DNA of 64,000 nt from a phage. The notes below the pieces were generated by a model. The model did no database searches, was not told the origin of the DNA, and was given only the letters and a program-made list of their open reading frames with translations. Position numbers and translations under genes: made by a program. Below, piece by piece: positions 47,197 through 54,688 of this stretch (position 1 is the stretch's first letter; each line of letters opens with the position of its first letter). Location of the stretch: the NCBI GenBank assembly GCA_025830695.1, contig GCA_025830695.1_4111.2, one strand, 5' to 3'.

Positions 47197-47409
47197 ATGC
47201 AAGGTCAACTAATCGTTCGTAAATGGTCTGATACTAACGCTAAACCGTGGGATGTACAATACATCGGACCGGATGGGGTATCACGTTATCAGCCTGGCGT
47301 AACGCATAGTACTGAGCAATATGCCGCCGCTCACCGCGAACGCCTGTTAGAATCCATGAAACAGGGATACGGTGAAAAATTCATTCAAGATCATTGGCTG
47401 AAAGATTAA
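47197..47409 (+). CDS. hypothetical protein (70 aa)
   Basis: GAGAGGAAAG SD. Confidence 0.6.
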   Translation: MQGQLIVRKWSDTNAKPWDVQYIGPDGVSRYQPGVTHSTEQYAAAHRERLLESMKQGYGEKFIQDHWLKD

Positions 47410-47426
47410 TATAAGGAGTACAGCTT

Positions 47427-47519
47427 ATGCAAATGAATCCGATGATTATTGTGTTAGCTGTACTTATGATCATTCATGCAATAGTAGAAGTATTAACGCA
47501 ATCAGGAGTAATAAAATGA
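47427..47519 (+). CDS. micro membrane peptide (30 aa)
   Basis: AAGGAG SD; coupled to next ORF by ATGA. Confidence 0.35.
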   Translation: MQMNPMIIVLAVLMIIHAIVEVLTQSGVIK

Positions 47520-47689
47520 TTCAAGTAGAATTATCAGTACTGAAAGATCTGTTTTATCGGTTAGGTACTACTGGCGAGTATCCTAAAAGTGATACCGCAA
47601 AACTTTTTGTATCACTCGACTTATGGCAACGCGAACAATTAGTAATGTCCTGGCGTAAAGGTAAAGCAGATAGCGAGGTGAAAGCATGA
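47516..47689 (+). CDS. hypothetical protein (57 aa)
   Basis: ATGA overlaps on both sides. Confidence 0.4.
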   Translation: MIQVELSVLKDLFYRLGTTGEYPKSDTAKLFVSLDLWQREQLVMSWRKGKADSEVKA

Positions 47690-47835
47690 AAGAATTCTTA
47701 TTCGAAGTAGTGTTTCAAGGTGTCGGTAGTAACCAACTGATTCGCTCAAGTGGTTATAATGTTAACCAGGCATGGAATAACATTAAACAAATGTACCCGA
47801 ACGCTATCACCTATCGCAACCCGAAAGAAGTTTAA
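47686..47835 (+). CDS. hypothetical protein (49 aa)
   Basis: ATGA overlap; ends before terminator. Confidence 0.4.
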   Translation: MKEFLFEVVFQGVGSNQLIRSSGYNVNQAWNNIKQMYPNAITYRNPKEV

Positions 47836-47849
47836 AAATATTTGAAAAA

Positions 47850-47875
47850 GGGATTGACTCCGGTCAGTCCCTTTG
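47850..47875 (+). terminator. intrinsic terminator variant GGGATTGACTCCGGTCAGTCCC + TTTG
   Basis: 8-bp stem; TTGACT in stem ~17 nt upstream of TATTAT. Confidence 0.7.
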
Positions 47876-47933
47876 CTATTATATACGCATAGAAACAAAT
47901 CAGCCCACAGGGTGCATAAATGTATCTATTGTT

Positions 47934-47941
47934 TGCTGGTG
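47934..47941 (+). other. Chi-like octamer GCTGGTGG
   Basis: Intergenic, after conserved CCCACAGGGTGCAT element. Confidence 0.45.
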
Positions 47942-47973
47942 GCTAGTACTGAAAACTATTTTTAAAAAAGTAC

Positions 47974-48039
47974 TTGCATTGTACTTAGAATCAAGTATAA
48001 TGTTTTACATCAGGACGGGGAACGAAACAAGTAACCCCG
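47974..48039 (+). promoter_or_regulatory. promoter (TTGCAT-16-TATAAT) + leader hairpin ACGGGG...CCCCGT
   Basis: First of two tandem promoters for 48151 gene. Confidence 0.55.
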
Positions 48040-48089
48040 TTAAGTAGTCCAGGAGTAAGACATACGAAAAACTCCCCTGATAAAATAGT

Positions 48090-48117
48090 TTGACAATAGA
48101 AAGTAAACGAGTATAAT
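48090..48117 (+). promoter_or_regulatory. promoter (TTGACA-16-TATAAT)
   Basis: Second tandem promoter upstream of 48151. Confidence 0.6.
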
Positions 48118-48150
48118 ACTTACATCAACCACTGATAAGGAAACATTAAA

Positions 48151-48426
48151 ATGCGGATTCTACTGACAGCTAACGAAATCGAACAAGTACTGACTACTAA
48201 CCTGGAAGACTGGAAACGTGAAGCAGATATCCAGGCGGTTCAACTGCTTAACGATAAGTTAACGCCGGATGACTTAAGCAAGATTGTAGATCCTCAATTC
48301 TACGAAGATATTCACGACACCGCGTTAAGCGTCGAGGATGTACTTGATAAGCACTACATTGATATTGATTTGCAGGTTTACGGTCGTAAAAACTTTATCA
48401 CTATTCACGACATTTATAATAATTAA
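48151..48426 (+). CDS. hypothetical protein (91 aa)
   Basis: AAGGAAA SD. Confidence 0.6.
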   Translation: MRILLTANEIEQVLTTNLEDWKREADIQAVQLLNDKLTPDDLSKIVDPQFYEDIHDTALSVEDVLDKHYIDIDLQVYGRKNFITIHDIYNN

Positions 48427-48429
48427 GTA

Positions 48430-48487
48430 TTGACAAAGTATCTTAGTACTGTATAATAGTTTACATCAAGGGGGGAATGGTTCCCCT
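48430..48487 (+). promoter_or_regulatory. PeSL-like cassette (TTGACA-16-TATAAT)
   Basis: Hairpin GGGGGAA-TGG-TTCCCC. Confidence 0.65.
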
Positions 48488-48509
48488 CCTAACAAAGAGA
48501 GAAATAAAA

Positions 48510-48833
48510 ATGGCTATGATCCTTACCCAGAAAGTAGAACTGAAAATTGTAACCTCCTTTGACATTAAAGTTAATCGGTGGACTGATTCACACGGCAATA
48601 CTTACCACTCTTGCTACGTGTCTGCATTGATTGGTGATCGTTGGGAAGACCTGGGACATGAAACCTTTACATACGGTTACGGTACGCAAGGCGAATACAC
48701 TGGTTTGGAGATCATTAAAGAAACCGTTATAGGTTTCAACCCGAAAGAAAAAGTTATTCACCGCATCGAAAAAGAGATTAACAAAGAAATAACAGTTCGC
48801 TACTACGATGTAAAACGTAAGAAAGACATGTAA
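48510..48833 (+). CDS. hypothetical protein (107 aa), paralog of 42366
   Basis: Shared NRWTDSHGNTYHSCYVS and TFTYGYG. Confidence 0.6.
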   Translation: MAMILTQKVELKIVTSFDIKVNRWTDSHGNTYHSCYVSALIGDRWEDLGHETFTYGYGTQGEYTGLEIIKETVIGFNPKEKVIHRIEKEINKEITVRYYDVKRKKDM

Positions 48834-48855
48834 TAGAATCCATTTAAAGTACTAT

Positions 48856-48884
48856 TTGACATTGCCCAGATAGTACTTTATAAT
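48856..48884 (+). promoter_or_regulatory. promoter (TTGACA-17-TATAAT) flanked by AGTACTAT/ATAGTACT inverted repeats
   Basis: Degenerate copy upstream of paralog at 37596. Confidence 0.55.
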
Positions 48885-48928
48885 AGACTCTAACTTGTAG
48901 TACTAACTTAACTAATAGGATGTATACC

Positions 48929-49324
48929 ATGATTACTAAATTCTACGCTACCCGTGAAGCTGCCCGTATTGTTGCACGCGAGGAAGGAGCAGCATTTAAA
49001 GACATGGGCAAAGATGCACCGAAAGGTCAACGCTGGGCCGTACAGTTCAAAGAAATCTCTGATATCGTGAATTCACCGGAGCCAGTACTAACAGCAGCAG
49101 AACTAAAACGAGCGGATTTACTGGCGTCAATACTTGATGCACAAGATGAGTTTATCGCTGATTCTGATATCAAAGTACAGACAAACCATACCGCTTGGAC
49201 TCACGCGGATCACCTGGCAAACCTTAAGCGTCCAAGTGAACTGGTACGCAACCAGAAAGAGATCCGACACGACCGTAAGGGTAATCGTGTAACAGTATAT
49301 AGTAAACGCCGCCAGGTTATCTAA
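48929..49324 (+). CDS. hypothetical protein (131 aa), paralog of 37596
   Basis: Shared N- and C-terminal motifs. Confidence 0.55.
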   Translation: MITKFYATREAARIVAREEGAAFKDMGKDAPKGQRWAVQFKEISDIVNSPEPVLTAAELKRADLLASILDAQDEFIADSDIKVQTNHTAWTHADHLANLKRPSELVRNQKEIRHDRKGNRVTVYSKRRQVI

Positions 49325-49346
49325 TAACTTGCAGTACTAACAACAC

Positions 49347-49371
49347 GGCGGGATCAGTTCCCGCCTTTTTT
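49347..49371 (+). terminator. intrinsic terminator (GGCGGGA-TCAG-TTCCCGCC + T6)
   Basis: GC-rich hairpin plus T-tract. Confidence 0.8.
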
Positions 49372-49386
49372 ATAGGATAAACTAAA

Positions 49387-49641
49387 ATGATTAAGGTACA
49401 ACTATCTAAAGATAATATCTTGCGGGTACACTATAAAGCACCACAGAGAATCATCACAAAGGCCGTACAGCTTGCTAATGAGTTTATTAATGGTAACCTA
49501 TTACCAAGGAAGTTAAGCAACGGAAAACTGCGTGTAATCGATGTAGACACTAACAACAGAATAGTAATTGAGAACACAGGAAAGATAAACCTATATGAAC
49601 ACCAACAATATAATAAGAAAATAAAACTAATATCACGTTGA
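49387..49641 (+). CDS. hypothetical protein (84 aa)
   Basis: AGGATAAA SD. Confidence 0.55.
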   Translation: MIKVQLSKDNILRVHYKAPQRIITKAVQLANEFINGNLLPRKLSNGKLRVIDVDTNNRIVIENTGKINLYEHQQYNKKIKLISR

Positions 49642-49666
49642 CAGTACTCAATTGTTTTAGTATTAT
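49638..49666 (+). promoter_or_regulatory. promoter (TTGACA-17-TATTAT)
   Basis: Duplicated at 49914 with same leader. Confidence 0.55.
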
Positions 49667-49694
49667 GTACACATACCAACACGGGAGAAACAAA

Positions 49695-49913
49695 ATGAAA
49701 TTATCTAAAATCGAAAAGAAAACTATTGATGAAGCAGTTAAGCACGGTTATACCTTTCGTAATGATTCACATTTTACCAATTTTCAACAAGGCCAAAGGA
49801 CTATTAAAAAACTAATTGACAAAGGTTTATTAGTTAAAGTAGATAACGGTAACGGCATTGAGTATCAGCCAACCCAAGACGCATTATCTTTAAAGAAATA
49901 TGCAATTATCTAA
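49695..49913 (+). CDS. hypothetical protein (72 aa)
   Basis: ATG after GGGAGAAA; track ORF is promoter-derived extension. Confidence 0.55.
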   Translation: MKLSKIEKKTIDEAVKHGYTFRNDSHFTNFQQGQRTIKKLIDKGLLVKVDNGNGIEYQPTQDALSLKKYAII

Positions 49914-49942
49914 TTGACAGTACTCAAATGTTTTAGTACTAT
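49914..49942 (+). promoter_or_regulatory. promoter (TTGACA-17-TACTAT)
   Basis: Paralog of 49638 promoter. Confidence 0.5.
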
Positions 49943-49971
49943 ATGTACATACCAACACGGGGGAAAACAAA

Positions 49972-50214
49972 ATGATTACTTTAGAAAAACGTATCAAAGA
50001 AACTACATCGCTGGTGGAATTGTTAACAGTACTGAAATGCCGTACTACTCGGTTTAGTACACCGGACTTTATTAATATGGTTGATGTTAACGGTCGTTAT
50101 CGCATTGCAGTAGAACAAGGAACAGCGAAAGTATTCAGTACTAAAAACACTAAGGAAGTGATTCACGCGGTTAGTGTGAAAAAAGTGGTTGCCATTGATA
50201 GTAAAGTACTGTAA
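49972..50214 (+). CDS. hypothetical protein (80 aa)
   Basis: GGGGGAAAA SD. Confidence 0.55.
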   Translation: MITLEKRIKETTSLVELLTVLKCRTTRFSTPDFINMVDVNGRYRIAVEQGTAKVFSTKNTKEVIHAVSVKKVVAIDSKVL

Positions 50215-50245
50215 GATAGTTTCATTAACTCAAGGAGAACATGCA

Positions 50246-50830
50246 ATGCGTAATTATACTAAATTCATCCGTACACTGTCAGAAATGGAAACCAACAAAG
50301 AGATCCTTTCAGCTTGTCGGTTAGCTGGCCTGGAGATCATCGGGGCGGGTTCTTCCCGTATCGTATTCGCTTTAAATGATCGGTTAGTGATTAAGGTCGC
50401 CAATTGTGATGCGGGTGTAGAACAAAATGAAACTGAATGTAAGGTATGGAATTTTTTAGACTATGACCGCCCTCAATTGAAACAGTACTTTGCAAAGGTG
50501 CATATGCATTTATGCGATCCTGATAATATGTTTATCGTTATGGATCGGTTGAGTACTGCAAGTAAAGGCAGTGTGAAGCACGTTAACGCGTGCAACGAAT
50601 TAAAGTACAATATTAAACGTAATGCCATTGAACGCCAGCACCGCTTTGCTGATGCACTACAACACGTCGATGATACATTATCAACACTAACGATAAGAGA
50701 TATCAGAAAACAGAATATCGGCCAGGATCGTAATGGACTTATTAAAGTACTTGATTACGGTTTAACCCGCAATATCTGGAATCAGTACTATAAAAAGCGT
50801 GATGTAAAAGCCGTAACTATAACACGATAA
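50246..50830 (+). CDS. kinase-like motif protein (194 aa)
   Basis: AGGAGA SD; GAGSSRIVF...IKVA and RDIRKQNIG...IKVLDYGL resemble kinase Gly-loop, catalytic loop, DFG-like. Confidence 0.55.
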   Translation: MRNYTKFIRTLSEMETNKEILSACRLAGLEIIGAGSSRIVFALNDRLVIKVANCDAGVEQNETECKVWNFLDYDRPQLKQYFAKVHMHLCDPDNMFIVMDRLSTASKGSVKHVNACNELKYNIKRNAIERQHRFADALQHVDDTLSTLTIRDIRKQNIGQDRNGLIKVLDYGLTRNIWNQYYKKRDVKAVTITR

Positions 50831-50844
50831 AAAAGATTAAAAAA

Positions 50845-50868
50845 GGGATTGACTCCGGTCAGTCCCTT
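50845..50868 (+). terminator. intrinsic terminator variant GGGATTGACTCCGGTCAGTCCC + TTTG
   Basis: Same as 47850 and 53112. Confidence 0.7.
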
Positions 50869-50981
50869 TGCTAATATATATTCATTGAGAGATAACTCAC
50901 TGACCCACAGGGTGCATAAGTGTATCTATTATATAAGTATTCAGTACTGAAAACTATTTTAAAGTATTTGATAAAAAGTAC

Positions 50982-51042
50982 TTGCATTGTACTTAGAATC
51001 AAGTATAATGTTTTATATCGAGAGGGGGAAATGGTTCTCCCT
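50982..51042 (+). promoter_or_regulatory. PeSL-like cassette
   Basis: TTGCAT 50982-87, TATAAT 51004-09, hairpin AGGGGGAAATGGTTCTCCCT. Confidence 0.65.
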
Positions 51043-51061
51043 GGCAATAAGGAATAAAATC

Positions 51062-51283
51062 ATGACTACAATGACTTGCATTTACGCTTCCAATCTTCTG
51101 AATGATGCGGCCTTTAATGTTGATTCAGAATATCAATGTTATCGGGATGAAAATAAAAAAGTTTTTGTAGTTGATAATAATGGTTTCCATATTGAATTAC
51201 AATCCGGTTTCACTGGTGTTGATGGTAAATCAGTATGGGGCGTACAGGATGATAAAGGCACATATCATTTTAAACGTAATTAA
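51062..51283 (+). CDS. hypothetical protein (73 aa)
   Basis: ATG after AAGGAATAAA. Confidence 0.55.
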   Translation: MTTMTCIYASNLLNDAAFNVDSEYQCYRDENKKVFVVDNNGFHIELQSGFTGVDGKSVWGVQDDKGTYHFKRN

Positions 51284-51286
51284 GTA

Positions 51287-51345
51287 TTGACAAAGTATCT
51301 TAGTACTGTATAATAGTTTACATCAAGGGGAGAATAGTTCTCCCC
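51287..51345 (+). promoter_or_regulatory. PeSL-like cassette (TTGACA-16-TATAAT)
   Basis: Hairpin GGGGAGAATAGTTCTCCCC. Confidence 0.7.
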
Positions 51346-51367
51346 GATACTAAAAGGAAACAAAATT

Positions 51368-51640
51368 ATGTCTAGCTACTCCGCTACTATGATCATTAAA
51401 GATATGAACGGTAATCCTACTTCTGCTGGTGGATCATTTGGAAACATTAACTTAGATGGTCGGTTATCAATTGAATCAGCCATCAATGCAGCGAAAGAAG
51501 TTTTTAAGAATGAATGTACTGTTAGTAAGCTGGATTATATGGGATTCGCTATCGAGAAAACTAATCGTTTTGTGAACTACAAAAATCCACTGATGATTGA
51601 TACTAACCTGAAAGCTAACGAAGTGGAATACTTATTATGA
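51368..51640 (+). CDS. hypothetical protein (90 aa)
   Basis: AAAAGGAAA SD. Confidence 0.6.
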   Translation: MSSYSATMIIKDMNGNPTSAGGSFGNINLDGRLSIESAINAAKEVFKNECTVSKLDYMGFAIEKTNRFVNYKNPLMIDTNLKANEVEYLL

Positions 51641-51828
51641 CAGTTGAAGAAGTTAAAAAAGTACTGGCAGTACTACGCTATCATAACCATTGCAAGGTTA
51701 AGAATGATCCTGATTATGTTGATTCATCCCTGGAGGAAGACACATTAAACGCAATAAGCCATATGCAAACATTAGCAAAGCGTATGACCGAAAAGAATAG
51801 ACCGGACTATATCGGAAATAAAATTTAA
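51637..51828 (+). CDS. hypothetical protein (63 aa)
   Basis: ATGA overlap with upstream gene. Confidence 0.5.
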   Translation: MTVEEVKKVLAVLRYHNHCKVKNDPDYVDSSLEEDTLNAISHMQTLAKRMTEKNRPDYIGNKI

Positions 51829-51835
51829 AAAGTAC

Positions 51836-51896
51836 TTGCATTGTAGTTAGATTAACGTATAATGTTTTACATAGAGCGGGGGAATAGTTCTCCCGC
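51836..51896 (+). promoter_or_regulatory. PeSL-like cassette
   Basis: TTGCAT 51836-41, TATAAT 51858-63, hairpin GCGGGGGAATAGTTCTCCCGC. Confidence 0.65.
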
Positions 51897-51914
51897 CAGT
51901 CCGGGAGATACACC

Positions 51915-52181
51915 ATGAACACTATCGAAATCACTATCAATGCACACGTATACGACAACGTAGTACTGCAAACTACTATGACCGCTAATGATACCAGTAC
52001 TTTGCGGAATACCGTTGTAAGTGCTGTATGTGCTGCAATCGGTGATGTAGCCCTGGAAAATGCAGAACACATCAACAACGGTTTCACTATGTGCAAACGT
52101 GATAACGCAAAACATATCATCTTAGAAGGTTACGGCGGTGTAGAATATAATCTTTATATGAAAAAAGTACTTGCAAAGTAA
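51915..52181 (+). CDS. hypothetical protein (88 aa)
   Basis: GGGAGA SD. Confidence 0.6.
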   Translation: MNTIEITINAHVYDNVVLQTTMTANDTSTLRNTVVSAVCAAIGDVALENAEHINNGFTMCKRDNAKHIILEGYGGVEYNLYMKKVLAK

Positions 52182-52227
52182 CTAAAACAAAGTATAATGT
52201 TTTGCATAGGGGGAGATATCCTCCCCC
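52171..52227 (+). promoter_or_regulatory. PeSL-like cassette
   Basis: TTGCAA 52171-76, TATAAT 52193-98, hairpin GGGGGAGATATCCTCCCCC. Confidence 0.65.
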
Positions 52228-52245
52228 ACTAAAAGGAGTACTAAA

Positions 52246-52470
52246 ATGGCTAACTTTGATGAACTGATGCGGGAAGTAGCTAACCTGGCAGAAGAGAAGA
52301 AATCATTCGATTCTATCTATAACACCGCTCATCGTGATTCAGTACTGGCATGTACTCAGGATCAAAAAGATGAACTAATCGCCACATATCATGAAGCATG
52401 GAAGTACTACCGCCAATGGGAGAAAGAAGAAAGCGAGTCTACCATCAACGGCATCAATAATCTAATCTAA
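52246..52470 (+). CDS. hypothetical protein (74 aa)
   Basis: AAAGGAG SD. Confidence 0.6.
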   Translation: MANFDELMREVANLAEEKKSFDSIYNTAHRDSVLACTQDQKDELIATYHEAWKYYRQWEKEESESTINGINNLI

Positions 52471-52488
52471 AGTTTTATTTCAGTACTA

Positions 52489-52517
52489 TTGACATAGCTT
52501 GATAGTACTGATATGAT
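52489..52517 (+). promoter_or_regulatory. promoter (TTGACA-17-TATGAT)
   Basis: Upstream of 52546 gene. Confidence 0.5.
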
Positions 52518-52545
52518 AACTTTACTAACTACAAGGGGAAACATC

Positions 52546-52803
52546 ATGGAACAATTCACACAATATCGGGTAAATCCTCAAGCTATGGCCTACGTAGAAG
52601 ACCATAAAACGTTACCAGTACTGCAACCAGTTAAAGGCCATATCTATCGTGCGATGGCGTGGAGTACTGCCCAGGATGGCTATAAAACCGTTGCCGTTGG
52701 TATGTACTGCGGTAATGGTGAATGGTTTGATCCAAATAATCCGGTAGCAATTAACAGTACTGAAAAAATGAAATGGGCCGACTACATCGAAGATATTTCA
52801 TAA
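52546..52803 (+). CDS. hypothetical protein (85 aa)
   Basis: ATG after AAGGGGAAA. Confidence 0.55.
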   Translation: MEQFTQYRVNPQAMAYVEDHKTLPVLQPVKGHIYRAMAWSTAQDGYKTVAVGMYCGNGEWFDPNNPVAINSTEKMKWADYIEDIS

Positions 52804-52810
52804 AAACTAT

Positions 52811-52871
52811 TTGACAGTACTAACCAGTAATGTATAATGTTTTACATAGAGCGGGGGAATAGTTCTCCCGC
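52811..52871 (+). promoter_or_regulatory. PeSL-like cassette (TTGACA-16-TATAAT)
   Basis: Hairpin GCGGGGGAATAGTTCTCCCGC. Confidence 0.7.
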
Positions 52872-52893
52872 CAATAGTTTGGAGTAAAACATT

Positions 52894-53094
52894 ATGTCTA
52901 TCGCTCTCGCCCTGGTTGAAGTACTGAAAGAAGCTAAAGCCAACCTTATCGATGTACAGATTAAGGAATTGCAAAATGGTTTAATCGGCTGTACTTGTAC
53001 CGCTGGTGGAGCGGCAGACTATCGAGAACACGAATCACTAGAATCGTTGGTCCGGTATCTTACAATCATCGTAGAAGATTGGAGAATCATCTAA
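52894..53094 (+). CDS. hypothetical protein (66 aa)
   Basis: GGAG SD. Confidence 0.55.
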   Translation: MSIALALVEVLKEAKANLIDVQIKELQNGLIGCTCTAGGAADYREHESLESLVRYLTIIVEDWRII

Positions 53095-53111
53095 CAAAAA
53101 AGAATAAAAAA

Positions 53112-53136
53112 GGGATTGACTCCGGTCAGTCCCTTT
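53112..53136 (+). terminator. intrinsic terminator variant GGGATTGACTCCGGTCAGTCCC + TTTG
   Basis: Third copy of this variant. Confidence 0.7.
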
Positions 53137-53223
53137 GCTATTATATACGCATAGACAAAAACTAGCCCACAGGGTGCATAGGTGTATCTAAAATATATAG
53201 TTAATAACGGTGAGTAACTATCT

Positions 53224-53231
53224 GCTGGTGG
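53224..53231 (+). other. Chi-like octamer GCTGGTGG
   Basis: Intergenic, downstream of conserved element at 53161. Confidence 0.45.
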
Positions 53232-53337
53232 AGTGAAAACTATTAATAAAAAGTATTGACAAAGTATATCAGTACTGCAATAATGTATCTCGTAGGGCGG
53301 CAATGGTGCGACGGTCCACAAAGTTAGGAGATTCAAA

Positions 53338-53670
53338 ATGAGTACTTCAATCGCTATCGTTAAAGCTTTCATCCGTACCAATGTTTCATCTGTATTCATC
53401 GACGGTCTGGATCGGGAAGTAGAATACTCAATCATTATCGCACAGACTGCAAACGGTGCTCGGTATATCCTTAATGATAGTGAAGCAAATCACTACTACT
53501 TCACTAAAGCTACTGGCTTTAAACGCATCGATGCTGACGTAGTATACGCTAAGATGAATAAGCTGGTAGACAAGATTAACGCGAAAGGTACTATCGATTT
53601 ACAGTACTGGACCGAAACCGATCCAGAATATGGTTCTCACCGCTATCTGAATCCAGGTATTAAAATGTAA
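53338..53670 (+). CDS. hypothetical protein (110 aa)
   Basis: TTAGGAG SD. Confidence 0.6.
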   Translation: MSTSIAIVKAFIRTNVSSVFIDGLDREVEYSIIIAQTANGARYILNDSEANHYYFTKATGFKRIDADVVYAKMNKLVDKINAKGTIDLQYWTETDPEYGSHRYLNPGIKM

Positions 53671-53677
53671 AAAGTAC

Positions 53678-53739
53678 TTGCATAGTACTTAGAATCAAGT
53701 ATAATGTTTTACATAGAGAGGGGGAAATGGTTCTCCCTC
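53678..53739 (+). promoter_or_regulatory. PeSL-like cassette
   Basis: TTGCAT 53678-83, TATAAT 53700-05, hairpin GAGGGGGAAATGGTTCTCCCTC. Confidence 0.65.
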
Positions 53740-53759
53740 CTAAATTAAGGAGTTTTATC

Positions 53760-54161
53760 ATGACCTTCTCAATCAATTCCTTCGCTGACGTTTTAGTACT
53801 GGCTCGGACTTTTGGTAAAGATGCACTGGAGTACGCTGTAAGTAATGGTACTATCCAACCGGAACAGTGCCGCATCATTGGAAACTGCAAACGTTGGGCG
53901 GTATCCAATACTATTGCACTGGAAAACTTCCACGATGGCAACAATGAATATTCTGTTGATGTAGTATTCGAAGCCGTTGATCTCGGCGGTATCTATAATA
54001 CTAACCTGAATGATGTGCGTATCGTTCGCACGGGGTTCGGTGCGTATGATGTATCTATTCGTGAAGCTATGAACACCGGATACATTAGCAAGGACTTACT
54101 TGCTCACATCATGCAGCTGTGTACGGAACGTAACGAAGCACGCACTATCTTAGGACTGTAA
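53760..54161 (+). CDS. hypothetical protein (133 aa)
   Basis: ATG after AAGGAG. Confidence 0.6.
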   Translation: MTFSINSFADVLVLARTFGKDALEYAVSNGTIQPEQCRIIGNCKRWAVSNTIALENFHDGNNEYSVDVVFEAVDLGGIYNTNLNDVRIVRTGFGAYDVSIREAMNTGYISKDLLAHIMQLCTERNEARTILGL

Positions 54162-54229
54162 GCGTTACACATCACCAAACATCATAGGCCGCCTTGTAGC
54201 GGCCTTAACTATATCAGGAGGGCATACAT

Positions 54230-54439
54230 ATGTTCTATACAGTATACAGCGTTCTAGGTACTATTGCAGGCGTACATGATAACGTCAATGATGCTATGCG
54301 TACAGTACTGCAACAGGTTCCACTAAAGCCTAAGACCATTAAGCAGATGACAGCACGACTAACCAGGGCGACCGATGGCGTGGAAGTATGGCAGGACTAC
54401 GGGGATACACAGATAATCGTTAGCGTAACGAAGGATTAA
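54230..54439 (+). CDS. hypothetical protein (69 aa)
   Basis: AGGAGGG SD. Confidence 0.6.
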   Translation: MFYTVYSVLGTIAGVHDNVNDAMRTVLQQVPLKPKTIKQMTARLTRATDGVEVWQDYGDTQIIVSVTKD

Positions 54440-54471
54440 TGCGTAAAGGGATCTAGTACTGATTCAGAAAA

Positions 54472-54532
54472 AAGTCAAGGCGTTTTTAAAATTATGCGTT
54501 AAAAAAATGCATAGGTAATCCCTTGACTTTTT
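54472..54532. repeat. long inverted repeat AAAAAGTCAAGG...CCTTGACTTTTTT around ATGCGT-containing loop
   Basis: 12-bp arms about 45 nt apart, before array B promoter. Confidence 0.45.
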
Positions 54533-54630
54533 TGAAATAAAAGGGATTGGACTATGGCAAAATGCGTAGGGGGCTAAAGGGCGGGTAACCTTAGCGACTT
54601 CGATAAAGGGGTATTACGAATAAAATGTTA

Positions 54631-54658
54631 TTGACTTTTTATATGAATCGTATAAAAT
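54631..54658 (+). promoter_or_regulatory. promoter (TTGACT-16-TAAAAT) for mini-gene array B
   Basis: Only clear promoter before array. Confidence 0.45.
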
Positions 54659-54688
54659 ATGATTGATATTAATTTTAAGGGAGTCCCT

